A DNA stretch of 64,000 bases from assembly GCA_964016885.1 (NCBI GenBank), contig OZ024765.1, positions 19,406,001 through 19,470,000 of the forward strand, read 5' to 3'. Every line of letters starts with the position of its first letter. The first letter of the stretch is position 1. Below, piece by piece: positions 51,197 through 64,000 of this stretch. The translations under genes were made by a program, and so were the position numbers. This stretch comes from Eledone cirrhosa (taxonomy: Eukaryota). Under the pieces are notes generated by a model. It saw only the letters and a list, made by a program, of their open reading frames with translations, ran no database searches and was not told the DNA's origin.

Positions 51197-54100
51197 TCTC
51201 TGGGGTAATGTGGGGACCAAGGACACCAGAGATTTTGACAGAGAGACCAAGGCAAAGACCCTCTTCTCCTCTGTGGTAATGTGGGGACCAAGGACACCAG
51301 AGATTTTGACAGAGAGACCAAGGCAAAGACCCTCTTCTCCTCTGTGGTAATGTGGGGACCAAGGACACCAGGGGTTTTGACAGAGAGACCAAGGCAAAGA
51401 CCCTCTTCTCCTCTGGGGTAATGTGGGGACCAAGGACACCAGAGGTTTTGACAGAGAGACCAAGGCAAAGATCCTCTTCTCCTCTGTGGTAATGTGGGAC
51501 CAAGGACACCAGAGGTTTTGACAGAGAGACCAAGGCAAAGACCCTCTTCTCCTCTGGGGTAATGTGGGGACCAAGGACACCAGGGGTTTTGACAGAGAGA
51601 CCAAGGCAAAGATCCTCTTCTCCTCTGTGGTAATGTGGGACCAAGGACACCAGAGGTTTTGACAGAGAGACCAAGGCAAAGACCCTCTTCTCCTCTGTGG
51701 TAATGTGGGACCAAGGACACCAGAGGTTTTGACAGAGAGACCAAGGCAAAGACCCTCTTCTCCTCTGGGGTAATGTGGGGACCAAGGACACCAGGGGTTT
51801 TGACAGAGAGACCAAGGCAAAGATCCTCTTCTCCTCTGGGGTAATGTGGGGACCAAGGACACCAGGGGTTTTGACAGAGAGACCAAGGCAAAGACCCTCT
51901 TCTCCTCTGTGGTAATGTGGGGACCAAGGACACCAGAGGTTTTGACAGAGAGACCAAGGCAAAGACCCTCTTCTCCTCTGTGGTAATGTGGGGACCAAGG
52001 ACACCAGGGGTTTTGACAGAGAGACCAAGGCAAAGACCCTCTTCTCCTCTGTGGTAATGTGGGGACCAAGGACACCAGGGGTTTTGACAGAGAGACCAAG
52101 GCAAAGACCCTCTTCTCCTCTGTGGTAATGTGGGGACCAAGGACACCAGGGGTTTTGACAGAGAGACCAAGGCAAAGATCCTCTTCTCCTCTGGGGTAAT
52201 GTGGGGACCAAGGACACCAGAGGTTTTGACAGAGAGACCAAGGCAAAGACCCTCTTCTCCTCTGTGGTAATGTGGGGACCAAGGACACCAGGGGTTTTGA
52301 CAGAGAGACCAAGGCAAAGATCCTCTTCTCCTCTGGGGTAATGTGGGGACCAAGGACACCAGAGGTTTTGACAGAGAGACCAAGGCAAAGACCCTCTTCT
52401 CCTCTGTGGTAATGTGGGGACCAAGGACACCAGAGGTTTTGACAGAGAGACCAAGGCAAAGACCCTCTTCTCCTCTGTGGTAATGTGGGGACCAAGGACA
52501 CCAGGGGTTTTGACAGAGAGACCAAGGCAAAGACCCTCTTCTCCTCTGTGGTAATGTGGGGACCAAGGACACCAGGGGTTTTGACAGAGAGACCAAGGCA
52601 AAGACCCTCTTCTCCTCTGTGGTAATGTGGGGACCAAGGACACCAGGGGTTTTGACAGAGAGACCAAGGCAAAGATCCTCTTCTCCTCTGGGGTAATGTG
52701 GGGACCAAGGACACCAGAGGTTTTGACAGAGAGACCAAGGCAAAGACCCTCTTCTCCTCTGTGGTAATGTGGGGACCAAGGACACCAGGGGTTTTGACAG
52801 AGAGACCAAGGCAAAGATCCTCTTCTCCTCTGGGGTAATGTGGGGACCAAGGACACCAGAGGTTTTGACAGAGAGACCAAGGCAAAGACCCTCTTCTCCT
52901 CTGTGGTAATGTGGGGACCAAGGACACCAGAGGTTTTGACAGAGAGACCAAGGCAAAGACCCTCTTCTCCTCTGTGGTAATGTGGGGACCAAGGACACCA
53001 GAGGTTTTGACAGAGAGACCAAGGCAAAGACCCTCTTCTCCTCTGTGGTAATGTGGGGACCAAGGACACCAGGGGTTTTGACAGAGAGACCAAGGCAAAG
53101 ACCCTCTTCTCCTCTGGGGTAATGTGGGGACCAAGGACACCAGAGATTTTGACAGAGAGACCAAGGCAAAGACCCTCTACTCCTCTGGGGTAATGTGGGG
53201 ACCAAGGACACCAGGGGTTTTGACAGAGAGACCAAGGCAAAGACCCTCTTCTCCTCTGGGGTAATGTGGGGACCAAGGACACCAGGGGTTTTGACAGAGA
53301 GACCAAGGCAAAGACCCTCTTCTCCTCTGGGGTAATGTGGGGACCAAGGACACCAGAGGTTTTGACAGAGAGACCAAGGCAAAGACCCTCTTCTCCTCTG
53401 GGGTAATGTGGGGACCAAGGACACCAGGGGTTTTGACAGAGAGACCAAGGCAAAGACCCTCTTCTCCTCTGGGGTAATGTGGGGACCAAGGACACCAGAG
53501 ATTTTGACAGAGAGACCAAGGCAAAGACCCTCTTCTCCTCTGGGGTAATGTGGGGACCAAGGACACCAGAGATTTTGACAGAGAGACCAAGGCAAAGACC
53601 CTCTTCTCCTCTGGGGTAATGTGGGGACCAAGGACACCAGAGATTTTGACAGAGAGACCAAGGCAAAGACCCTCTTCTCCTCTGGGGTAATGTGGGGACC
53701 AAGGACACCAGGGGTTTTGACAGAGAGACCAAGGCAAAGACCCTCTTCTCCTCTGGGGTAATGTGGGGACCAAGGACACCAGGGGTTTTGACAGAGAGAC
53801 CAAGGCAAAGACCCTCTTCTCCTCTGGGGTAATGTGGGGACCAAGGACACCAGAGGTTTTGACAGAGAGACCAAGGCAAAGACCCTCTTCTCCTCTGGGG
53901 TAATGTGGGGACCAAGGACACCAGGGGTTTTGACAGAGAGACCAAGGCAAAGACCCTCTTCTCCTCTGGGGTAATGTGGGGACCAAGGACACCAGAGATT
54001 TTGACAGAGAGACCAAGGCAAAGACCCTCTTCTCCTCTGGGGTAATGTGGGGACCAAGGACACCAGGGGTTTTGACAGAGAGACCAAGGCAAAGACCCTC

Positions 54101-57100
54101 TTCTCCTCTGGGGTAATGTGGGGACCAAGGACACCAGGGGTTTTGACAGAGAGACCAAGGCAAAGACCCTCTTCTCCTCTGGGGTAATGTGGGGACCAAG
54201 GACACCAGAGATTTTGACAGAGAGACCAAGGCAAAGACCCTCTTCTCCTCTGGGGTAGTGTGGGGACCAAGGACACCAGGGGTTTTGACAGAGAGACCAA
54301 GGCAAAGACCCTCTTCTCCTCTGGGGTAATGTGGGGACCAAGGACACCAGGGGTTTTGACAGAGAGACCAAGGCAAAGACCCTCTTCTCCTCTGGGGTAA
54401 TGTGGGGACCAAGGACACCAGGGGTTTTGACAGAGAGACCAAGGCAAAGACCCTCTTCTCCTCTGGGGTAATGTGGGGACCAAGGACACCAGGGGTTTTG
54501 ACAGAGAGACCAAGGCAAAGACCCTCTTCTCCTCTGGGGTAATGTGGGGACCAAGGACACCAGGGGTTTTGACAGAGAGACCAAGGCAAAGACCCTCTTC
54601 TCCTCTGGGGTAATGTGGGGACCAAGGACACCAGGGGTTTTGACAGAGAGACCAAGGCAAAGACCCTCTTCTCCTCTGTGGTAATGTGGGGACCAAGGAC
54701 ACCAGAGGTTTTGACAGAGAGACCAAGGCAAAGACCCTCTTCTCCTCTGGGGTAATGTGGGGACCAAAGACACCAGAGGTTTTGACAGAGAGACCAAGGC
54801 AAAGACCCTCTTCTCCTCTGTGGTAATGTGGGGACCAAGGACACCAGGGGTTTTGACAGAGAGACCAAGGCAAAGACCCTCTTCTCCTCTGTGGTAATGT
54901 GGGGACCAAGGACACCAGGGGTTTTGACAGAGAGACCAAGGCAAAGACCCTCTTCTCCTCTGTGGTAATGTGGGGACCAAGGACACCAGGGGTTTTGACA
55001 GAGAGACCAAGGCAAAGACCCTCTTCTCCTCTGTGGTAATGTGGGGACCAAGGACACCAGGGGTTTTGACAGAGAGACCAAGGCAAAGACCCTCTTCTCC
55101 TCTGGGGTAATGTGGGGACCAAGGACACCAGGGGTTTTGACAGAGAGACCAAGGCAAAGACCCTCTTCTCCTCTGGGGTAATGTGGGGACCAAGGACACC
55201 AGGGGTTTTGACAGAGAGACCAAGGCAAAGACCCTCTTCTCCTCTGGGGTAATGTGGGGACCAAGGACACCAGGGGTTTTGACAGAGAGACCAAGGCAAA
55301 GACCCTCTTCTCCTCTGTGGTAATGTGGGGACCAAGGACACCAGGGGTTTTGACAGAGAGACCAAGGCAAAGACCCTCTTCTCCTCTGTGGTAATGTGGG
55401 GACCAAGGACACCAGGGGTTTTGACAGAGAGACCAAGGCAAAGACCCTCTTCTCCTCTGTGGTAATGTGGGGACCAAGGACACCAGGGGTTTTGACAGAG
55501 AGACCAAGGCAAAGACCCTCTTCTCCTCTGTGGTAATGTGGGGACCAAGGACACCAGGGGTTTTGACAGAGAGACCAAGGCAAAGACCCTCTTCTCCTCT
55601 GTGGTAATATGGGGACCAAGGACACCAGGGGTTTTGACAGAGAGACCAAGGCAAAGACCCTCTTCTCCTCTGTGGTAATGTGGGGACCAAGGACACCAGG
55701 GGTTTTGACAGAGAGACCAAGGCAAAGACCCTCTTCTCCTCTGTGGTAATGTGGGGACCAAGGACACCAGGGGTTTTGACAGAGAGACCAAGGCAAAGAC
55801 CCTCTTCTCCTCTGTGGTAATGTGGGGACCAAGGACACCAGAGGTTTTGACAGAGAGACCAAGGCAAAGATCCTCTTCTCCTCTGGGGTAATGTGGGGAC
55901 CAAGGACACCAGGGGTTTTGACAGAGAGACCAAGGCAAAGACCCTCTTCTCCTCTGGGGTAATGTGGGGACCAAGGACACCAGGGGTTTTGACAGAGAGA
56001 CCAAGGCAAAGACCCTCTTCTCCTCTGTGGTAATGTGGGGACCAAGGACACCAGGGGTTTTGACAGAGAGACCAAGGCAAAGACCCTCTTCTCCTCTGGG
56101 GTAATGTGGGGACCAAGGACACCAGGGGTTTTGACAGAGAGACCAAGGCAAAGACCCTCTTCTCCTCTGGAGTAATGTGGGGACCAAGGACACCAGGGGT
56201 TTTGACAGAGAGACCAAGGCAAAGACCCTCTTCTCCTCTGGGGTAATGTGGGGACCAAGGACACCAGGGGTTTTGACAGAGAGACCAAGGCAAAGACCCT
56301 CTTCTCCTCTGGGGTAATGTGGGGACCAAGGACACCAGGGGTTTTGACAGAGAGACCAAGGCAAAGACCCTCTTCTCCTCTGGGGTAATGTGGGGACCAA
56401 GGACACCAGGGGTTTTGACAGAGAGACCAAGGCAAAGACCCTCTTCTCCTCTGTGGTAATGTGGGGACCAAGGACACCAGGGGTTTTGACAGAGAGACCA
56501 AGGCAAAGACCCTCTTCTCCTCTGGGGTAATGTGGGGACCAAGGACACCAGGGGTTTTGACAGAGAGACCAAGGCAAAGACCCTCTTCTCCTCTGTGGTA
56601 ATGTGGGGACCAAGGACACCAGGGGTTTTGATAGAGAGACCAAGGCAAAGACCCTCTTCTCCTCTGTGGTAATGTGGGGACCAAGGACACCAGGGGTTTT
56701 GACAGAGAGACCAAGGCAAAGACCCTCTTCTCCTCTGTGGTAATGTGGGGACCAAGGACACCAGGGGTTTTGATAGAGAGACCAAGGCAAAGACCCTCTT
56801 CTCCTCTGTGGTAATGTGGGGACCAAGGACACCAGGGGTTTTGACAGAGAGACCAAGGCAAAGACCCTCTTCTCCTCTGTGGTAATGTGGGGACCAAGGA
56901 CACCAGGGGTTTTGACAGAGAGACCAAGGCAAAGACCCTCTTCTCCTTTGTGGTAATGTGGGGACCAAGGACACCAGGGGTTTTGACAGAGAGACCAAGG
57001 CAAAGACCCTCTTCTCCTCTGTGGTAATGTGGGGACCAAGGACACCAGGGGTTTTGACAGAGAGACCAAGGCAAAGACCCTCTTCTCCTCTGGGGTAATG

Positions 57101-60100
57101 TGGGGACCAAGGACACCAGGGGTTTTGACAGAGAGACCAAGGCAAAGACCCTCTTCTCCTCTGTGGTAATGTGGGGACCAAGGACACCAGGGGTTTTGAG
57201 GGAGAGACCAAGGCAAAGATCCTCTTCTCCTCTGTGGTAATGTGGGGACCAAGGACACCAGGGGTTTTGACAGAGAGACCAAGGCAAAGACCCTCTTCTC
57301 CTCTGGGGTAATGTGGGGACCAAGGACACCAGGGGTTTTGACAGAGAGACCAAGGCAAAGACCCTCTTCTCCTCTGGGGTAATGTGGGGACCAAGGACAC
57401 CAGGGGTTTTGACAGAGAGACCAAGGCAAAGACCCTCTTCTCCTCTGGGGTAATGTGGGGACCAAGGACACCAGGGGTTTTGACAGAGAGACCAAGGCAA
57501 AGACCCTCTTCTCCTCTGTGGTAATGTGGGGACCAAGGACACCAGGGGTTTTGACAGAGAGACCAAGGCAAAGACCCTCTTCTCCTCTGTGGTAATGTGG
57601 GGACCAAGGACACCAGGGGTTTTGACAGAGAGACCAAGGCAAAGACCCTCTTCTCCTCTGTGGTAATGTGGGGACCAAGGACACCAGGGGTTTTGACAGA
57701 GAGACCAAGGCCAAGACCCTCTTCTCCTCTGTGGTAATGTGGGGACCAAGGACACCAGGGGTTTTGACAGAGAGACCAAGGCAAAGACCCTCTTCTCCTC
57801 TGGGGTAATGTGGGGACCAAGGACACCAGGGGTTTTGACAGAGAGACCAAGGCAAAGACCCTCTTCTCCTCTGGGGTAATGTGGGTACCAAGGACACCAG
57901 GGGTTTTGAAAGAGAGACCAAGGCAAAGACCCTCTTCTCCTCTGGGGTAATGTGGGGACCAAGGACACCAGGGGTTTTGACAGAGAGACCAAGGCAAAGA
58001 CCCTCTTCTCCTCTGGGGTAATGTGGGGACCAAGGACACCAGGGGTTTTGACAGAGAGACCAAGGCAAAGACCCTCTTCTCCTCTGTGGTAATGTGGGGA
58101 CCAAGGACACCAGGGGTTTTGACAGAGAGACCAAGGCAAAGACCCTCTTCTCCTCTGTGGTAATGTGGGGACCAAGGACACCAGGGGTTTTGACAGAGAG
58201 ACCAAGGCAAAGACCCTCTTCTCCTCTGTGGTAATGTGGGGACCAAGGACACCAGGGGTTTTGACAGAGAGACCAAGGCAAAGACCCTCTTCTCCTCTGG
58301 GGTAATGTGGGGACCAAGGACACCAGAGGTTTTGACAGAGAGACCAAGGCAAAGACCCTCTTCTCCTCTGGGGTAATGTGGGGACCAAGGACACCAGGGT
58401 TTTGACAGAGAGACCAAGGCAAAGACCCTCTTCTCCTCTGGGGTAATGTGGGGACCAAGGACACCAGGGGTTTTGACAGAGAGACCAAGGCAAAGACCCT
58501 CTTCTCCTCTGGGGTAATGTGGGGACCAAGGACACCAGGGGTTTTGACAGAGAGACCAAGGCAAAGATCCTCTTCTCCTCTGGGGTAATGTGGGGACCAA
58601 GGACACCAGGGGTTTTGACAGAGAGACCAAGGCAAAGACCTTCTTCTCCTCTGTGGTAATGTGGGGACCAAGGACACCAGGGGTTTTGACAGAGAGACCA
58701 AGGCAAAGACCCTCTTCTCCTCTGGGGTAATGTGGGGACCAAGGACACCAGAGGTTTTGACAGAGAGACCAAGGCAAAGACCCTCTTCTCCTCTGGGGTA
58801 ATGTGGGGACCAAGGACACCAGGGGTTTTGACAGAGAGACCAAGGCAAAGACCCTCTTCTCCTCTGGGGTAATGTGGGGACCAAGGACACCAGGGGTTTT
58901 GACAGAGAGACCAAGGCAAAGACCCTCTTCTCCTCTGGGGTAATGTGGGGACCAAGGACACCAGGGGTTTTGACAGAGAGACCAAGGCAAAGACCCTCTT
59001 CTCCTCTGGGGTAATGTGGGGACCAAGGACACCAGGGGTTTTGACAGAGAGACCAAGGCAAAGACCCTCTTCTCCTCTGGGGTAATGTGGGGACCAAGGA
59101 CACCAGGGGTTTTGACAGAGAGACCAAGGCAAAGACCCTCTTCTCCTCTGGGGTAATGTGGGGACCAAGGACACCAGGGGTTTTGACAGAGAGAACAAGG
59201 CAAAGACCCTCTTCTCCTCTGGGGTAATGTGGGGACCAAGGACACCAGGGGTTTTGACAGAGAGACCAAGGCAAAGTCCCTCTTCTCCTCTGGGGTAATG
59301 TGGGGACCAAGGACACCAGGGGTTTTGACAGAGAGACCAAGGCAAAGACCCTCTTCTCCTCTGTGGTAATGTGGGGACCAAGGACACCAGGGGTTTTGAC
59401 AGAGAGACCAAGGCAAAGACCCTCTTCTCCTCTGTGGTAATGTGGGGACCAAGGACACCAGGGGTTTTGACAGAGAGACCAAGGCAAAGACCCTCTTCTC
59501 CTCTGTGGTAATGTGGGGACCAAGGACACCAGAGATTTTGACAGAGAGACCAAGGCAAAGACCCTCTTCTCCTCTGTGGTAATGTGGGGACCAAGGACAC
59601 CAGGGGTTTTGACAGAGAGACCAAGGCAAAGACCCTCTTCTCCTCTGTGGTAATGTGGGGACCAAGGACACCAGGGGTTTTGACAGAGAGACCAAGGCAA
59701 AGACCCTCTTCTCCTCTGGGGTAATGTGGGGACCAAGGACACCAGGGGTTTTGACAGAGAGACCAAGGCAAAGACCCTCTTCTCCTCTGGGGTAATGTGG
59801 GGACCAAGGACACCAGGGGTTTTGACAGAGAGACCAAGGCAAAGACCCTCTTCTCCTCTGTGGTAATGTGGGGACCAAGGACACCAGGGGTTTTGACAGA
59901 GAGACCAAGGCAAAGACCCTCTTCTCCTCTGTGGTAATGTGGGGACCAAGGACACCAGGGGTTTTGACAGAGAGACCAAGGCAAAGACCCTCTTCTCCTC
60001 TGTGGTAATGTGGGGACCAAGGACACCAGGGGTTTTGACAGAGAGACCAAGGCAAAGACCCTCTTCTCCTCTGTGGTAATGTGGGGACCAAGGACACCAG

Positions 60101-63100
60101 GGGTTTTGACAGAGAGACCAAGGCAAAGACCCTCTTCTCCTCTGTGGTAATGTGGGGACCAAGGACACCAGGGGTTTTGACAGAGAGACCAAGGCAAAGA
60201 CCCTCTTCTCCTCTGTGGTAATGTGGGGACCAAGGACACCAGGGGTTTTGACAGAGAGACCAAGGCAAAGACCCTCTTCTCCTCTGTGGTAATGTGGGGA
60301 CCAAGGACACCAGGGGTTTTGACAGAGAGACCAAGGCAAAGACCCTCTTCTCCTCTGGGGTAATGTGGGGACCAAGGACACCAGGGTTTTGACAGAGAGA
60401 CCAAGGCAAAGACCCTCTTCTCCTCTGTGGTAATGTGGGGACCAAGGACACCAGGGTTTTGACAGAGAGACCAAGGCAAAGACCCTCTTCTCCTCTGTGG
60501 TAATGTGGGGACCAAGGACACCAGGGGTTTTGACAGAGAGACCAAGGCAAAGACCCTCTTCTCCTCTGGGGTAATGTGGGGACCAAGGACACCAGGGGTT
60601 TTGACAGAGAGACCAAGGCAAAGACCCTCTTCTCCTCTGTGGTAATGTGGGGACCAAGGACACCAGGGGTTTTGACAGAGAGACCAAGGCAAAGACCCTC
60701 TTCTCCTCTGTGGTAATGTGGGGACCAAGGACACCAGAGGTTTTGACAGAGAGACCAAGGCAAAGACCCTCTTCTCCTCTGTGGTAATGTGGGGACCAAG
60801 GACACCAGGGGTTTTGACAGAGAGACCAAGGCAAAGACCCTCTTCTCCTCTGTGGTAATGTGGGGACCAAGGACACCAGGGGTTTTGACAGAGAGACCAA
60901 GGCAAAGACCCTCTTCTCCTCTGTGGTAATGTGGGGACCAAGGACACCAGGGGTTTTGACAGAGAGACCAAGGCAAAGACCCTCTTCTCCTCTGTGGTAA
61001 TGTGGGGACCAAGGACACCAGGGGTTTTGACAGAGAGACCAAGGCAAAGACCCTCTTCTCCTCTGTGGTAATGTGGGGACCAAGGACACCAGGGTTTTGA
61101 CAGAGAGACCAAGGCAAAGACCCTCTTCTCCTCTGGGGTAATGTGGGGGACCAAGGNNNNNNNNNNNNNNNNNNNNNNNNNNNNNNNNNNNNNNNNNNNN
61201 NNNNNNNNNNNNNNNNNNNNNNNNNNNNNNNNNNNNNNNNNNNNNNNNNNNNNNNNNNNNNNNNNNNNNNNNNNNNNNNNNNNNNNNNNNNNNNNNNNNN
61301 NNNNNNNNNNNNNNNNNNNNNNNNNNNNNNNNNNNNNNNNNNNNNNNNNNNNNNNNACACCAGGGGTTTTGACAGAGAGACCAAGGCAAAGACCCTCTTC
61401 TCCTCTGTGGTAATGTGGGGACCAAGGACACCAGGGGTTTTGACAGAGAGACCAAGGCAAAGACCCTCTTCTCCTCTGGGGTAATGTGGGGACCAAGGAC
61501 ACCAGGGTTTTTGACAGAGAGACCAAGGCAAAGACCCTCTTCTCCTCTGGAGTAATGTGGGGACCAAGGACACCAGGGGTTTTGACAGAGAGACCAAGGC
61601 AAAGACCCTCTTCTCCTCTGGGGTAATGTGGGGACCAAGGACACCAGGGGTTTTGACAGAGAGACCAAGGCAAAGGACCCTCTTCTCCTCTGGGGTAATG
61701 TGGGGACCAAGGACACCAGGGGTTTTGACAGAGAGACCAAGGCAAAGACCCTCTTCTCCTCTGGGGTAATGTGGGGACCAAGGACACCAGGGGTTTTGAC
61801 AGAGAGACCAAGGCAAAGACCCTCTTCTCCTCTGTGGTAATGTGGGGACCAAGGACACCAGGGGTTTTGACAGAGAGACCAAGGCAAAGACCCTCTTCTC
61901 CTCTGGGGTAATGTGGGGACCAAGGACACCAGGGGTTTTGACAGAGAGACCAAGGCAAAGACCCTCTTCTCCTCTGTGGTAATGTGGGGACCAAGGACAC
62001 CAGGGGTTTTGACAGAGAGACCAAGGCAAAGACCCTCTTCTCCTCTGTGGTAATGTGGGGACCAAGGACACCAGGGGTTTTGACAGAGAGACCAAGGCAA
62101 AGACCCTCTTTCTCCTCTGTGGTAATGTGGGGACCAAGGACACCAGGGGTTTTGAAGAGAGACCAAGGCAAAGACCCTCTTCTCCTCTGTGGTAATGTGG
62201 GGACCAAGGACACCAGGGGTTTTGACAGAGAGACCAAGGCAAAGACCCTCTTCTCCTCTGTGGTAATGTGGGGACCAAGGACACCAGGGGTTTTGACAGA
62301 GAGACCAAGGCAAAGACCCTCTTCTCCTCTGTGGTAATGTGGGGACCAAGGACACCAGGGGTTTTGACAGAGAGACCAAGGCAAAGACCCTCTTCTCCTC
62401 TGTGGTAATGTGGGGACCAAGGACACCAGGGGTTTTGACAGAGAGACCAAGGCAAAGACCCTCTTCTCCTCTGGGGTAATGTGGGGACCAAGGACACCAG
62501 GGGTTTTGACAGAGAGACCAAGGCAAAGACCTCTTCTCCTCTGTGGTAATGTGGGGACCAAGGACACCAGGGGTTTTGACAGAGAGACCAAGGCAAAGAC
62601 CCTCTTCTCCTCTGGGGTAATGTGGGGACCAAGGACACCAGGGGTTTTGACAGAGAGACCAAGGCAAAGACCCTCTTCTCCTCTGGGTAATGTGGGGACC
62701 AAGGACACCAGGGGTTTTGACAGAGAGACCAAGGCAAAGACCCTCTTCTCCTCTGGGGTAATGTGGGGACCAAGGACACCAGGGGTTTTGACAGAGAGAC
62801 CAAGGCAAAGACCCTCTTCTCCTCTGTGGTAATGTGGGGACCAAGGACACCAGGGGTTTTGACAGAGAGACCAAGGCAAAGACCCTCTTCTCCTCTGTGG
62901 TAATGTGGGGACCAAGGACACCAGGGGTTTTGACAGAGAGACCAAGGCAAAGACCCTCTTCTCCTCTGTGGTAATGTGGGGACCAAGGACACCAGGGTTT
63001 TGACAGAGAGACCAAGGCAAAGACCCTCTTCTCCTCTGTGGTAATGTGGGGACCAAGGACACCAGGGGTTTTGACAGAGAGACCAAGGCAAAGACCCTCT

Positions 63101-64000
63101 TCTCCTCTGTGGTAATGTGGGGACCAAGGACACCAGGGGTTTTGACAGAGAGACCAAGGCAAAGACCCTCTTCTCCTCTGGGGTAATGTGGGGACCAAGG
63201 ACACCAGGGGTTTTGACAGAGAGACCAAGGCAAAGACCCTCTTCTCCTCTGGGGTAATGTGGGGACCAAGGACACCAGGGGTTTTGACAGAGAGACCAAG
63301 GCAAAGACCCTCTTCTCCTCTGGGGTAATGTGGGGACCAAGGACACCAGGGGTTTTGACAGAGAGACCAAGGCAAAGACCCTCTTCTCCTCTGTGGTAAT
63401 GTGGGGACCAAGGACACCAGGGGTTTTGACAGAGAGACCAAGGCAAAGACCCTCTTCTCCTCTGTGGTAATGTGGGGACCAAGGACACCAGGGGTTTTGA
63501 CAGAGAGACCAAGGCAAAGACCCTCTTCTCCTCTGTGGTAATGTGGGGACCAAGGACACCAGGGTTTTGACAGAGAGACCAAGGCAAAGACCCTCTTCTC
63601 CTCTGTGGTAATGTGGGGACCAAGGACACCAGGGTTTTGACAGAGAGACCAAGGCAAAGACCCTCTTCTCCTCTGGGGTAATGTGGGGACCAAGGACACC
63701 AGGGTTTTGACAGAGAGACCAAGGCAAAGACCCTCTTCTCCTCTGGGGTAATGTGGGGACCAAGGACACCAGGGGTTTTGACAGAGAGACCAAGGCAAAG
63801 ACCCTCTTCTCCTCTGGGGTAATGTGGGGACCAAGGACACCAGGGGTTTTGACAGAGAGACCAAGGCAAAGACCCTCTTCTCCTCTGGGGTAATGTGGGG
63901 ACCAAGGACACCAGGGGTTTTGACAGAGAGACCAAGGCAAAGACCCTCTTCTCCTCTGGGGTAATGTGGGGACCAAGGACACCAGGGGTTTTGACAGAGA
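51197..64000. repeat. 71-bp satellite, about 180 copies, running off the right edge
   Basis: Unit ctct(g/t)gggtaatgtggggaccaaggacaccag(g/a)ggttttgacagagagaccaaggcaaagaccctcttctc, highly homogeneous. Confidence 0.98.
61157..61356. other. Assembly gap (200 N)
   Basis: Run of N inside the satellite. Confidence 0.99.

Noticed and set aside
51122-63982. Giant 3600-4247 aa ORFs as real genes
   Set aside because: They are translations of a 71-bp satellite, open in all three frames and spanning an N gap, with no domain content.

Overview
Repeat-dense animal genomic DNA. The SINE/RTE families, (TA)n tracts and homopolymer-rich protein suggest an octopus or other coleoid cephalopod (inference, no search run). 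The only host gene supported is the first coding exon of a LATS/Warts Hippo-pathway kinase (minus strand, 2604->1840, ending at a GTAAGT donor). The rest is RTE-type LINE fragments, two tRNA-derived SINE families, several MITEs, about 12 tandem arrays and a >12.8 kb 71-bp satellite with a 200-N gap. The strongest unexplained signal is a set of about 13 minimal type-I hammerhead ribozyme folds from several sequence families. Most sit in short, often fold-back, Penelope-like remnants embedded in (TA)n, mainly at 29-35 kb. A Naiad-type Penelope RT fragment at 41.6-45.4 kb has an inverted 3' end and is split in frame by a TTAA-flanked piggyBac-type MITE. All folds and alignments were done by eye.
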